A stretch of DNA of 64,000 nt from Octopus sinensis. Taxonomy: Eukaryota. Both the position numbers and the translations under genes were made by a program. The stretch covers positions 85,064,001 to 85,128,000 of the forward strand of contig NC_042999.1 of NCBI RefSeq assembly GCF_006345805.1, written 5' to 3'. Below the pieces are notes generated by a model that saw only the letters and a program-made list of their open reading frames with translations, had not been told where the DNA came from and searched no databases. This document shows positions 12,127 to 24,399 of this stretch, piece by piece (position 1 is the stretch's first letter; each line of letters starts with the position of its first letter).

Positions 12127-12708
12127 TCATGGATACATACGTAGATATGTACTCTAGATGTTCAGGCAGTGTTTTTATAAGTAGCTTTCTGAAAATCTAT
12201 TAAGATTTGCAAGAAACCATATTTATCCACACGAATATTATTTTACACTCTTATACTTATTAAGCTTCCTTTTATTTTTTTATCATCGCTTCTTTTTGAT
12301 TTCTATTTATACCCACCTTCTTTCTATCTTTCTTTTATACTATTAGCCTTTTTGTTTTTAACCTTCATTTTTTCTTTCTTTCTTTTTTTTTTTACATATT
12401 TCTACTTCAAGTAACTTCGCATTCCAACAAGAAAATATTTGTCTCGACGAAGCATTAGAAAATTTCAACGAGTTACATTTATATTGTGGCTTTGGTAATA
12501 ATTTCTCGCTTCTTTTGTCTTTAAAGAAAACAACTTTGTAACACACACCCCCACATCCCCTCACATACACACACACTCACTCACTCACTCACTCACGCGC
12601 GCACAAACTAATATGGTCTGAGATATTGATATGCCAGCACAGCGCTTGTAGTAGGCCGATCAAGTGGTTACTCATCGTTGTTAATCTCATCTCATCTCTT
12701 TCTCTCCC

Positions 12709-12739
<31 letters not shown>

Positions 12740-12878
12740 CCTTTTCTCTCCATCACCAATACCAACAACGATCGGCTTAGTTAGGTTGTTGGTTTCAGAC
12801 AGAGAAAAAACAAGAATAATATAAACTAAAATTTAGCATAAGCTAACATAATGGTGATTGAAGAGACACAAAAATGGA

Positions 12879-12930
<52 letters not shown>

Positions 12931-12934
12931 TTCA

Positions 12935-13135
12935 AATTTTGGCACAAGGCTAGCATTTTCGAGAGAGAGAGAAGAAAGTCGATTTCACCGACCCTAGAGC
13001 ACGACTGCTACTTATTTTAGCGACCCAAGAAGGATGAACGGCAAAATCAACCGCGGTGGAGTTTGAAATCAGAACGTGAAGACGGACTAAATGCCGCTAA
13101 GCATTTTGTCCGGCGTGCGAACTATTCCACCTGCT
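12935..13135 (-). mobile_element. SINE family B, diverged copy
   Basis: cgacccaagaaggatgaacggcaaaatcaaccgcggtggagtttgaaatcagaacg matches the family B core. Confidence 0.75.
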
Positions 13136-13146
13136 CACTGTCTTAG

Positions 13147-13173
13147 TAATAATAATAATGATAATAATAATAA

Positions 13174-13204
<31 letters not shown>

Positions 13205-13341
13205 AAGAAGAAGAAGAAGAAAAAGAAGAAGAAAAGAAGAAGAAGAAAAAAAAGAAGAAAAGAAAGAGAAGAAGAAGAAGAAGAAGAAGAAGAAGAAGAA
13301 GAAGAAGAAGAAGAAGAAGAAGAAGAAGAAGAAGAAGAAGA
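13147..13341. repeat. (AAT)n-(GAA)n microsatellite
   Basis: Direct reading; source of the poly-K/E ORF 13091-13528. Confidence 0.95.
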
Positions 13342-13670
13342 ATTGACATATCCCAGTGACATCAGGATCAAAGAGAGAGAAGAAATTGAACAACTTCAAT
13401 TTGAAGTGGAAAATATGCAGATTGTAGGCAATGAAGAGAGTGGACGTGATACAAATAGTAATTGGCGCTCTTGGAAGTATCATCACTCAACTACCAACAT
13501 GGCTCAAAAAATATTGGCACAAGTGTAAAGGTAGAACACCTACAAAGATCATTATTGCTTGGAACAGCAAGAGATCTCCGCACATTTCCTGAAACATGAT
13601 CGGTAGACAAGTGTCACTTTTGTCTGCTGGCTGTGGACAAAATAAGCTGAAAGTTTTCATCAAATAATAA
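13342..13670 (+). mobile_element. R4/Dong-like RLE LINE 3' fragment, decayed, ending in (AAT)n
   Basis: Reads ...YPSDIRIKEREE...FEVE...VDVIQIVIGALGSIITQLPTWLKK..TSVKVEHLQRSLLLGTARDLR across frameshifts. The 3' UTR gtgtcac..ctgctggctgtggaca..aaataagctg..agttttcat is shared with the copy at ~55690-56550. Confidence 0.8.
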
Positions 13671-13717
13671 TAGCAATAATAAAAAATTAAAAAACAATAA
13701 TAATAATAATAATAATA

Positions 13718-13764
<47 letters not shown>

Positions 13765-13985
13765 TAATAATCCTTTCTACTTGTGACACAAGGTCTCATA
13801 TTTGTAGGGAGGGGAGTAGTTGGTTGCATCGACTCCAGTGTTTCACTGATACTTAATTTAGCGACTCCGAAAGGATAAAAGGCAAAGTGGACCTCGGCAG
13901 AATTTGAACTCAGAACGTAGCGACAAACGAAGGACAACTAAGCATTTCGCCCGGTGTGCTAACGATTCTGCAAACTCGCCGCCTT
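13765..13985 (-). mobile_element. SINE family B
   Basis: Core gcgactccgaaaggataaaaggcaaagtggacctcggcagaatttgaactcagaacg and head ctcgccgcctt. Confidence 0.85.
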
Positions 13986-14394
13986 ATGCCACTGATGCAG
14001 TACCAGACACTGGCTCACTCGCTTCTGATCTTAACTGATTAGAAGTGTTATCATGTTTTGTCTTAGTATAAAAGATGGGCTACAACAAATATTCTACTCA
14101 ATACCGCAGATTTGCTTGCCAGTTACTTGACCTTAAACAGTTGAGCATGTCCCTTGGTGGTTGACGATATGTGCATCTCTGATCACGAACAGAAGTAGTG
14201 AGGGAGCATCATAGCCATGTGTTGAGAGGAATTCTTTGAAGTTTGAATAATTCACTCTGGAAACATGGGTGTTTCATTCAACATCCATAAACAACTCTTA
14301 TTCAGGGATCTTTTAGGGGGATGGGTTACTAGAACTGACAAAAAAATTCTAACTGGGTTCCATCTGCAAGGTCATGCGCTGTTTATCTTGATAT

Positions 14395-15035
14395 GAGATC
14401 ACCATTTGAATTTGTATGTTGTGTCTTCAATAAGATTGATGCAGGTCCCACAATTAAGGCGACCGCATTTTTTTACTGTTGCAGTAGGAATTGTGGAAAG
14501 CAATTTAGCACTGGTCAGGAATATTTTGAGGGACTTTGATTGTCTTTTACTTTTGATTATTTTGTGTACTTCGAATACTTGTTTCATTCTTGGGTCTTGT
14601 TCTAGTAGTGGGATGTTATGGTGGATAATATTGTAAACCTCTGTGTTTTGGGGGTTGTGTGTTGTAATAAAGGGTACATTATTGGATGTATCTTGAGCGT
14701 TTTATCATTTTTCATTGTTCTTCGATATCTATAGCTTTGGCACGTTCTATTCCATTGTCTATTGGATACTGTCTTTTAAGTAGTATTTATTTTGGTTCCT
14801 TATTGCGAGTTTCAAGGTTTGAGACAAACGTGCAGCTACTTCGTGCTAGATTATTCTTTGTGTGTTTGGGATGGCATGAGGAGAATGGTAAGTATCGTTT
14901 AGAATTTGCTTGTTCATAGAGAATATCTGTTTCAATGAATTTATCTTTTTTGATGATTAGTGTATCCAGGAAAGGTAGTTGAGCTTTACTGTATTCCATG
15001 GTAAAGTTAATATTATTGTTTATGCTGTTGATTAG
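14395..15035 (-). mobile_element. Penelope-like element fragment (RT thumb to endonuclease linker)
   Basis: NSINNNINFTMEYSKAQLPFLDTLII..ETDI..K.ANSKRYLPFSSCHPKHTKNN and KSKRQSKSLKIFLTSAK...VKKCGRLNCGTCINLIE. Homologous to 32323-33100. Confidence 0.85.
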
Positions 15036-15172
15036 ATACATACACATACACACATATGTATACATATATATATATATATATATACATTTATATATACATA
15101 TACATAAATACATACATACATACATACATACATACATACATACATACATACATACATACATACATACATACA

Positions 15173-15207
<35 letters not shown>

Positions 15208-15899
15208 CAGGTTGGTGCAAAAGTACTGTCCAATTTCTAGAAAAAGTTTCAGAGCGAATTTATCAATTTTTAAACCTCTTCTTTGACCTGGTCCCCACAT
15301 GCATGTACAACTCTACAGTTAAATTCCCGGACGTTACAGACATGTGTGTTTGTGTCTGTACGTGTGTATCTATGTATGTATGTATGCATATATGCATGCA
15401 TGAACATATGTATGTATGTACGTATATGTGTATGTGAATGTATGTATGTCCAGAAGTAAATCTAGAAAATTTATTAAAGCTTCCTCGTTCAGGAATATAT
15501 ATATTATTCCATTTGGAATGGGAATTATAGTAAAGTTTATTAACATCGTAATTGTAATCCATATGAATGTGTAACTAAAGACCCTGATATTTTGTAATAT
15601 TAACTAAAATTTTCATAAAGAGCTGTGGATAGGCAAATGATCTTGGAAAAACTTATATATATTATATTTTATGTTTTCAATTAATTTATAGTATTTACTG
15701 CCGAACTTGAAAATAATCAATTAAATCAATGAATCATATTATTAATACTTACACAGTCTCGAAGGATGGAACTAAAACTTACAGTGGCTACACTAAAGTT
15801 CCAGTTGAAACCTAGTCAAGCTCTCTGCTTATTCTGCCACAACTGTAGCAGATAGTTCTGTTGAAGACGAAAGTAGAAAACTTGGGGAAATTTTGTCAT

Positions 15900-16950
15900 G
15901 TATAGTCAATCGATAAAAGATAAAATTTCGACAAAAGCACCCTATATTGATAGTCAATAAGTATTGAACAGCAGACACCGGAATTGGAGTTTACAAACCT
16001 AAAAGACTATAAACAAAAATGTTAAGACAAATTTCTGTGATCTTCTTTAGAGAAAGGGATACATCTGCCAAAATGCAGACCCAATTAGACGGATATCCTT
16101 TTGAAGAAGATGCAATATGTCATCAGTATCAAAGCAGTAGTGGAATATTTACTTATAATTTGCTATAGAATCTTATCATGTAACTCATGAATTTCAGACT
16201 GAGTGTATCAATAAATTTATATTTCTTATGATAGAATGAATTATCTATATGCAGATCGCGCCATCAAGGAATAATCTGTACCGTTGTTCGACCTCAAAAC
16301 AATAACGAAATCTTTCTGTAGACTCACCCTACAGTTTTAAGCAATTATTTATTTGACAATACAGTATTATAGTATTAGATACCCTATATCTGGAAAAGGA
16401 TGCAATGGCACTTTCACTTTTGGAATGTCTTTCATCATAGATCAGTTCGATCAGGCTAACCTGGGATTAAGCTACAACAGCATCTAGTCAGAAACAGTCA
16501 GATTTATTTCACTGCAGTAAAATAAATTTGCTTTTAGAAGATATATTGAAAATTGATCTGCCATTGAGCAAGGTACCATGTTCATGAAAAGAATTTTATA
16601 GAAGCAGTCACAACATTGTTTCTTAGAGAACAGCAATCCATTCGAATAAATTAATTATATAACCAGTTTTGTGAGCGAAATCAAGAACGAAAGCTGAAAG
16701 ACGGAGTTACGTTTGTACCAGAAATAGAGGACTATATATTTATCAATACATAAATTGCAATTACATTGATTTGTCCTGTTACCTGAAAATAAATTTATAA
16801 CAGAAGATGAAGCAATGTTTCCAAACGAATTTCTGTCAGTATTAATCTCGCTGATACACATCTTGACTCTTGAATATTTGATTTTATCAATTTCCTTGAA
16901 GAAATAAGCGAATTAAATTTATTGAGTTGTCATAGCATCATCAGAATATT
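15900..16950 (+). pseudogene. Possible ancient hAT (Charlie/Buster-like) transposase relic
   Basis: Weak colinear hits: QLDGYP (QLDESTD), DRMNYLYADRAIK (..TDGAPSM), EQGTMFMKRIL (WLS.G..L.R). Many stops. Confidence 0.25.
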
Positions 16951-17229
16951 TCTAATAAGTTCCTTTTGGAATCAATAGAACATGGATAAAAGTTTTAGTG
17001 TTTAAAGTTTAGTATTAATACTCTTTAATAGAGAGAAATGAACAAAATATAGTAAAACTAGAACTATTTGATATGAATATGTGTGTGTGCTTAAATATTT
17101 GTTTGGCAATAGAGAGAGCCTATTTTTAGTGATGTCATGGAGATTATGACCAAAAGCAAAGCTATAGGTAGAAGATGCATGAGAATAAACACGAAATGCA
17201 AGTGATACAATTAGAAGTTTTTCCCAACT

Positions 17230-17560
17230 AAATAGCTAGGCATTGAATCTATGTCATGTTTACTTTTAGACAAATTTGAAGCCATTTTTATAATTTTCTA
17301 AAACAAGAAGAAACACCATGGATTCAAAAACAATTTTAAAGAATTAGATGGGAATAATTTAAATACAATATTCAATGATAACCTAATTTTTTCTGACGAA
17401 AGACACTTTTATAAGTACAGAATCAATTGTTATATTCAATGTGTAATGGAAAACCGGAATATATGAAGCATAAATTGCAAGCTATTTCAGAAGATTTTGA
17501 AATGGCGTTGTCCTTCTGACTAAGATTACTTCAGGACGTATTAAAATCGATAAATAACAG
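17230..17560 (+). pseudogene. Tc1/mariner-superfamily transposase relic
   Basis: NLIFSDERHFYKYRINC...ENRNI parallels NI.FSDEAHFHL.G.VN.QN.R.W..ENP. Confidence 0.35.
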
Positions 17561-17734
17561 GAAAGAACCTATTCTTACAAAAAGTTACCGAAAGAAAAGT
17601 TTGGATATATATATACATAAGCCGTTGAATCAAACACATATATTGGCTAATAAAAAATTGTCTACATTTTTTCTTTGCATTTTGAGGAAGGTTTTATGTA
17701 TTTTCTTTTATCTTTTACCATTTACTTGATTCAT

Positions 17735-17905
17735 GAATGCAGCCATGCTGGGGCACCGCCTTGAAGAATTTTTAGTTGAATAAATCGAACTCAATACTTA
17801 TTCTTAAAGGCTATATATATATCGGCCTCTCTTGTCGAATCGCTAAGTTTTGGGGGCGTAAATACACCAACATCGGTTGCCAAGCAGTGGTGGGGGACAA
17901 ACACA
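17735..17905 (-). mobile_element. SINE family A 3' portion
   Basis: Reverse complement of the cttgacaaccgatg.tggtg..tttacg.ccc..aacttagcg.ttcg.caagagag.ccgata...ggcggtgccccagcatggc motif seen at 1640-1750 and 31017-31125. Confidence 0.7.
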
Positions 17906-18162
17906 CATACACACACGCATACACACACACATAAACATGTGTGTGTGTGTATACGTAAATGACGATCAATGAGAATGAGTACCCAACACCATATTGGTGG
18001 ATAAAGATTCTTTAATTGTGTTTTAAGGCTAACATTGGTTTCATGATAAGAAAATATCTCAAAGTACCACGCAGTGGGACTGAAACCGAAACCATGTAGT
18101 TGGACACCGAATACAGCATCAACAAAATTGATCATTATTATTTTTATGATGATGAAAAATGC

Positions 18163-18560
18163 AGCGAGCTAGCAGAATGCAAGCCGAGCAAAATGCCTGG
18201 CGGCATTTCGTCCGTCTTGCTTTCCACCATGTGGTTTTGAGTTCAGCCCCACAGGGCGACACCTTGGAAAAGTGTCTTCTATGGTAGGCTGAGATTGACC
18301 AGACGCTTGAGAGTAAATTTGGGAGACGGAAACTGGATGAAGCCCGTCGTGTATATACATATATGTGTATATGTGTCTGTTCATATTTAGGAGGGTGTGC
18401 CTTTGAGTTGTATTTGTTCTCCCACCGCTTGACAACCGGTTTGTTTACGTCACCGTCACAAAGTGGTTCGGCAAAAAGATAGTTATAGAGTATGTACTAC
18501 CCTTAAAAATACGTATTGGGGTCCGTACTGGGACCGATTTGTTCGTCTAAACCCGTCGAC
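18163..18560 (+). mobile_element. Chimeric SINE: family B head joined to family A body
   Basis: gcagcgagctagcagaat..gccgagcaaaatg (B head) directly followed by accatgtggttttgagttcagcccca..gcgacaccttggaaaagtgtcttcta...gacggaaactggatgaagcccgtcg (A body). Confidence 0.6.
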
Positions 18561-18820
18561 GTAATGCCCGAGTAAATGCAGTCCAATGATATTAACAAGT
18601 TAAAGAAATATTCTAATATGCTAAATGCTCTTCTGAGGTATTTACCTTCAACTATATTTTTGCTATCCATTTTAGTTACTGTTTGTCATGCCGGTGGTTT
18701 CTCTGAATTGTTCAATCCTTAAATAGTTGTACACCAACAAATATTTATATTTAGTAGAAAACCCGTAGAATCTGAAGGAAAAAATCAAGTGACGTTCAGC
18801 ATCGAAAAAGTATAATAGTA

Positions 18821-21085
18821 AAAGGTAAAAGTGATCTGAACGAAATTAGAACGAAGAACAAAGAATCGGAAGAAATATCACAAACTTTTATTTCCAACGT
18901 TCTATCAGCTTGCCGTGGGACAGAGAGAATTAATGAAAGTTATACACTATGATCTATCCGAATAAAGATAAGAGTAAGGAGTGAAGCAAAACAATACAAC
19001 CAGAAACTCCACACTATAATAATGATTTTCATCTATTTCGAGCCTTGGTAGTACATCCAATTTGTCCGTTAGGGTTACGGAAAAAAGTGAAAAACGAAGA
19101 AATTGGAGGGGGAGGAGGGACAGGACCAAAATAATTTCAAAATACAAATTTTTGGCAATTTTCCGGAATCTCCGTATCCAAAATACTGTGTCAAACTTGT
19201 ATAGAAATGATTCTAGGAAGTACTTGATAACCTGTGGCATTAAATCTGACGTTTCAGAAAAATGGGAACATGCAAATGTTATGTAACTGAAAAATAACTA
19301 TACATAACTCTATATAACGCTGGTATGTGTCTTGTTGAAATATTTCGCCACATTTTGTAAGATGGTAAGGTGTTGTTTGGCTGTTATCTCCAGCAGATCG
19401 CTTCCATATTGGGTTGCGAGGTGGAGGATTAACAGACACGGTAGCGTGATGAACTGCCTTACCTCGTTAGCTTCATCTTCGTATGTTCTGATTCCATATC
19501 CTGGGGGACTGGACTGTGCCTTTCATCTTGCTATCATGATCGATAAAACAAATTACCAATAATATATTAACATCGATTCAATCAATTATTCCCTCCTCCC
19601 CAAAATGCCTCAATATTTGGTTATATGCCAACGGAAGAATCAATATTGATTTCTTTTGTTTAAGACAAGACCATTTTTCATAGAGGTGTATAGCAGATTA
19701 AAGCAACCCTGGCATTTATTTATATCTATGTTATTGATCTTTTCCCGCAGGCACAAGACCATATATTTTATGAAAAGCTGTATTAGTTGACTGAATTGAT
19801 TCCAATATTTGACTAGTAAGAAGGCAGCGAGCGGGCAGAATCGTTAGCACGTCGGACAAATTGTTTAGCGGTATTTCATCCGTCTTTTCGGCTGATATAC
19901 CCTCCAGGTTTCATCAGGAGTCTTGGAGAAATTTCGAACCTGGGTTCTCATTCCTAAAGTATTTTTCGATGTTATTATTATTATTATCATTTTTATTATT
20001 ATTATTCAGGTCACTGCCTGGAATCGAACACGGAGTCTTGGGATTAGTAGCCCGCGCTCTTAACCACTACGTCATGATTTATCGTACTGTATTATGAGCA
20101 TGTTTGTGTGATGTTCAAATCTATCATAGCAAATGTTACCACAGCTTTTAAATTTAATATCTGTAAAAGCTGAAAACAATTCAAAGGTTTCATCCTTGAA
20201 TCTATCAGATGTATTTAAAGTTATAATGTGAGTCAGAAATTCTCGTCTTTGGAACATGTCAGAAGGTTAAAGTCACTTCTCGCCCAGTTGAGTACATTGG
20301 AGAGAACAGATGTAACTGGTGTATCATTATTGATGTTTATAACAGTTAATTCAGCATCTCAATTAGTTAAATATTACAGCAGATAACAATTAATGTACCA
20401 AATATCTCTTTATTATTTGTCATCGTTTACTCTCTCACTCTCTGTTTCAAAAATGTCCACCTCGAATGAATAGTGTAGCAGCTTCTACCGACTTAGGTAA
20501 CCGGGAACAATTCTATCTTCTATGTGCGGCTATATGTCCGCCTAATGATCATGAACACTCGAAGAGTACGATTATTTAAATTATACAATCAATATGGTGA
20601 AAGGTATCTCAGGTGAAAAGCGATTCTGACTTTCTCAAACTAATGTGTGTGTGTGTGTGTGTGTGTTGTGTGTGTGTGTGTGTGTGTGTGTGTGCACATA
20701 TAGAAATAGACAAACAGACAGACAGAATAACAGAGACAAGAAATAATGGATTCTGATTTAGGCACAATGCCAACAATTCTGAGGGCAAGAAGTAAGTTGA
20801 TTCCATCAACTCCAGTGCTTGGAAGGATGAAAGGTAAAAGTGATCTGAACGGAATTAGAACGAAGAACAAAGAATCGGAAGAAATATCACAAACTTTTAT
20901 TTCCAACGTTCTAACGAATCTATCAGCTTGCCGTGGGACAGAGAGAATTAATGAAAGTTATACACTATGATCTATCCGAATAAAGATAAGAGTAAGGAGT
21001 GAAGCAAAACAATACAACCAGAGATTCCACACTATAATAATGATTTTCATCTAGTTCGATCCTTGATAGTATATCCAATTTGTCC
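18821..21085 (+). repeat. Local direct duplication of ~250 bp (18821-19067 and 20830-21085)
   Basis: Near-identical sequence from aaaggtaaaagtgatctgaac to tccaatttgtcc. Copy 2 has a 9-bp extra aacgaatct. Confidence 0.9.
20000..20070 (-). mobile_element. Short tRNA-derived SINE / tRNA-like head with (AAT)n tail
   Basis: Minus strand gtagtggttaagagcgcgggctactaatcccaagactccgtgttcgattccaggcagtgacctgaataataat: A-box and B-box motifs, no intact acceptor stem. Confidence 0.55.
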
Positions 21086-23470
21086 CGTTTCCTGCCCTTC
21101 TTCGCTATTCATATTTATTGTCTACCTTCACTCTTCCCCCTTTTATTCATAGCGTCTTATCCAACAAGAGAGAAATGAGAAGAGATTGATTCAAGTCAAT
21201 TGAAAATATCAGTCTGTAAAGGGAGACGACAATGGGGGAATTAATGTGTAGTACAAATGGATGGTGCAATATTACTATGACCCCCATTGGATATTGAACC
21301 TAATCAATAGGCCACCAACTAGAATTTCTCCTTATCGCTTCATTGAGTCTATGACCGAAGGTGTATCTCTAAAATGACCCTGGTCCACATGAATAGGTAC
21401 TGTATGTTAGGAACAATTCACCTCTGTTGGTAGAGGTAGTGGTGAATCATTCCTACTGTTTCCTTAAACTGTAAATTGTAGTTTTGAGTTCAATCCCTTT
21501 TGTTGGAATATGTCGGATTGGGAATGGTTAGAAAAGCTATATCAAGGATGGTTGAGTAGTGTTTCTATGAACCAAAACTGTTGTGGGACATACTGAAAAG
21601 TATTTGAGATAAAGAATATAAAAGAAGGTCTTTGAGAACAAATATGATGTTTCTGCAAACAAGCGTGCTAAAGAACAAAACCAGTGGAATACTTTCAGCT
21701 GATGTTAAATACGTTAAAGAAACATCATGATGGTGGAAATAATAATGACGATACAAATTGTGCTAAATGCTTGTCTTCTCAGTTTATCTTCAGCTCAGAG
21801 ATTGCTTTCGACTGTAAAATTTACGATCGACTTATATTAGCCAACTACAAGTTGAACAGCCAGTCGATGGCATTTAGCCAGCAAGTTAAAGCATAAAATA
21901 AAATAAAGTAATTTAATAACATAAAGACTAACGAATTTTTTTTAATCTGACACAAAGTGATTTTATTGAACCAAGGAAATCTTTAGACTTTACCATTAGT
22001 TGTTTTGCTTAGGATGAAAATTAATTTACGAATTGTTTACATAATAATGATGTGAAAAAGACAAATATTTAAGGCTAAGCATGAATTAAGTAAATTGGTA
22101 TGCTATTTTTCTTTTTCTTTTGTCTTAGTCAAAAGAGGATGATCGGCACCAGAAACTAAGCAGAACCTCTGAGGCTGGGAGGAAAGAGATGCCACGAACA
22201 ATTAGTTGCTGTTAAGCGTGACTTTATTCTTATTTAGTAGTCAATGGTCGTAGCTGAACCTTTCAATATCTTATTTTTGTCGAGACACTAATTATAAATT
22301 GGAGAGAAAGAGGGTATATAAATAAATGCCAGCAGATACAGTAACTTCCCAGGGCGTTATTCATAGGGCAGGGTTGCTACCATATCTCTCGGTGACCCTC
22401 TGATGAAAAACCACTTTAACCGAAATTCGCGCTACACATGAGAAAATGCAGAAGGAGAAACCCATCAAAATACCCTGACTCAAAACTTGATTGACTGCTT
22501 GCAACTAAGCAAACTCCATAAAAACCATTTCAGATCCAGTGTTGGTGTTAAACTTGGTTATGACCTATTTCTATCTCCTCAAAAACAAGTGCTGACCAAT
22601 GGATTTTATCATGACACCATCACACCTTATTTGAGAAACAAATACAAATTTTCTAAGGTGTTTGACTTCGTGCTCTAACGTTTTCACAACTATCGCTACC
22701 AAAATAAGGTACGTTTCTGAAATTAAGAAAAGCCACAGAATTGTTGAGCAGCTCCTCAGCAGTTCACTGAATGAAGCCCAGTAAATCAAGCCATATTTTA
22801 AAGATGTGCATTTGCAATGTGCATTAAATATAATAAATAACTGTAAACTTTTCAGTGTAAGTTTATCAATTTCACTGCCCTAACTATAATAGTAATGAAT
22901 TTATTTATTCTTTTTTATATTTCCTCAATGTTAAACATTTATAAAAGATAGGTATAGACAATTTAATAGACCTGATATGTAATTAAAACTAATAACGAAA
23001 GATTAAATTAGAACATGGTGAAATATGAACACAGCACTGAGGGATAAAACTTTAAAAAAAAGACATTGCAGGACTTCATGCAACCTTCCCTTAATTATGT
23101 TTCTGTTATAAATAATGAGGCTAATGATTTATTTTGTTAAAAATATAGAAACAATATGACCTTACAATATAATAAATATAATGAAAATTATAACGTACTC
23201 TGGAATGTAACAGCCATATAAATATGTACATATGAGTGTACAGTTTTCTTTCTCTTTATGCATATTTATTTATTTTCATCAATTCATATAATATCTGTGA
23301 ATAATCTTGTCATTGGTTGCAGGTTTCCAATATACTAATCACTGGTTTACTTAATTTCTGACAGCGATAGTAACAAGTGGATGTGTAACACGATGCTGAG
23401 CAAATATCTCAAGATATGTAAGAAGTCTACCATCATATTTTGTCATGCATACATACGTGTATATGTATAT

Positions 23471-23541
<71 letters not shown>

Positions 23542-23546
23542 TATAC

Positions 23547-23584
<38 letters not shown>

Positions 23585-23588
<4 letters not shown>

Positions 23589-23770
23589 TAAGCAATAAGG
23601 GTTTAGCAACGAGTTGCCTTACCACATACCGAATTTAGAAATAGCAGTCAAAGGTTTATAGCTATTTCTTCTACTAAAAAGTAGAAGAAATAGCTATAAA
23701 CCTTTGACTGCTATTTCTAAATTCGGTATGTGGTAAGGCAACTCGTTGCTAAACCCTTATTGCTTAGTAT
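23585..23770. repeat. Perfect palindrome: 91-bp arms (23585-23675 / 23680-23770), 4-nt loop
   Basis: The arms read as exact reverse complements by eye. The left arm abuts (TA)n. Confidence 0.95.
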
Positions 23771-23866
23771 TACTTAAATTTTCCTCGAATGAGGCTTTTA
23801 CATGCCGAAGACTACTTGGTGTAATTGATAATTTTTCCAAATTAATTAATTTCACCCTTCATTATT

Positions 23867-23909
<43 letters not shown>

Positions 23910-24163
23910 AATATACAAAAGAAATATCTAAAGTAAAGACTTGGCAGCAAAATATACCAGGCTAATATCATAGATATTGATATCTTTTTCAATAGGACTA
24001 ATTACATTTTTACTTCACCTAGTGCCTTACTTTACTCTAACGCATGCATACACACGCACACAAATCGAAAGAGAACCTACATAATTTTGAGTAACAATTT
24101 TTGCTAAGATTTTTAGTTTTGGTATGAGTATTTTAAGAGGTGAAAGCATTCTCTCTTTCTCTC

Positions 24164-24232
<69 letters not shown>

Positions 24233-24399
24233 TTTCAATTTCTCCTTTACTATTTCGAATAATCTCAAAAGAAGGCTGTGTAGCAACTTTTAATGCAAAA
24301 AAGGTCATAAAAAGACCTTCCGTTACAGATATTGCATTTCATATATTCTTTGATATTCAGATGGTCGAACATATTTGAATAGTGGTAAACCCAGCGCAT

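Noticed and set aside
13091-13528. 145-aa ORF with poly-K/poly-E, resembling a charged low-complexity protein
   Set aside because: It is a SINE end plus (AAT)(GAA)n microsatellite running into an out-of-frame R4 fragment. The same applies to 51574-51810.
20545-20580. gtccgc-CTAATGA-tcatgaacactc-GAAGAGTAC, hammerhead-like
   Set aside because: Both core strands deviate and stem II does not pair. Cannot be supported without a family consensus.
22400-22432. CTGATGA...GAAA spacing like a hammerhead
   Set aside because: The intervening aaaaccactttaacc cannot form stem II and no stem I/III is evident.
22487-22789. HFRSSVGVKLG.DLFLSP resembling an RT VGVRQG..LSP motif
   Set aside because: Downstream motifs are not recoverable in order; a single weak match.
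23784-23812. ctcgaatga-GGC-ttttacat-GCC-gaagac, a decayed hammerhead-like motif next to the 91-bp palindrome
   Set aside because: It needs several indels in both core strands and has no convincing stem III. Noted only as suggestive.
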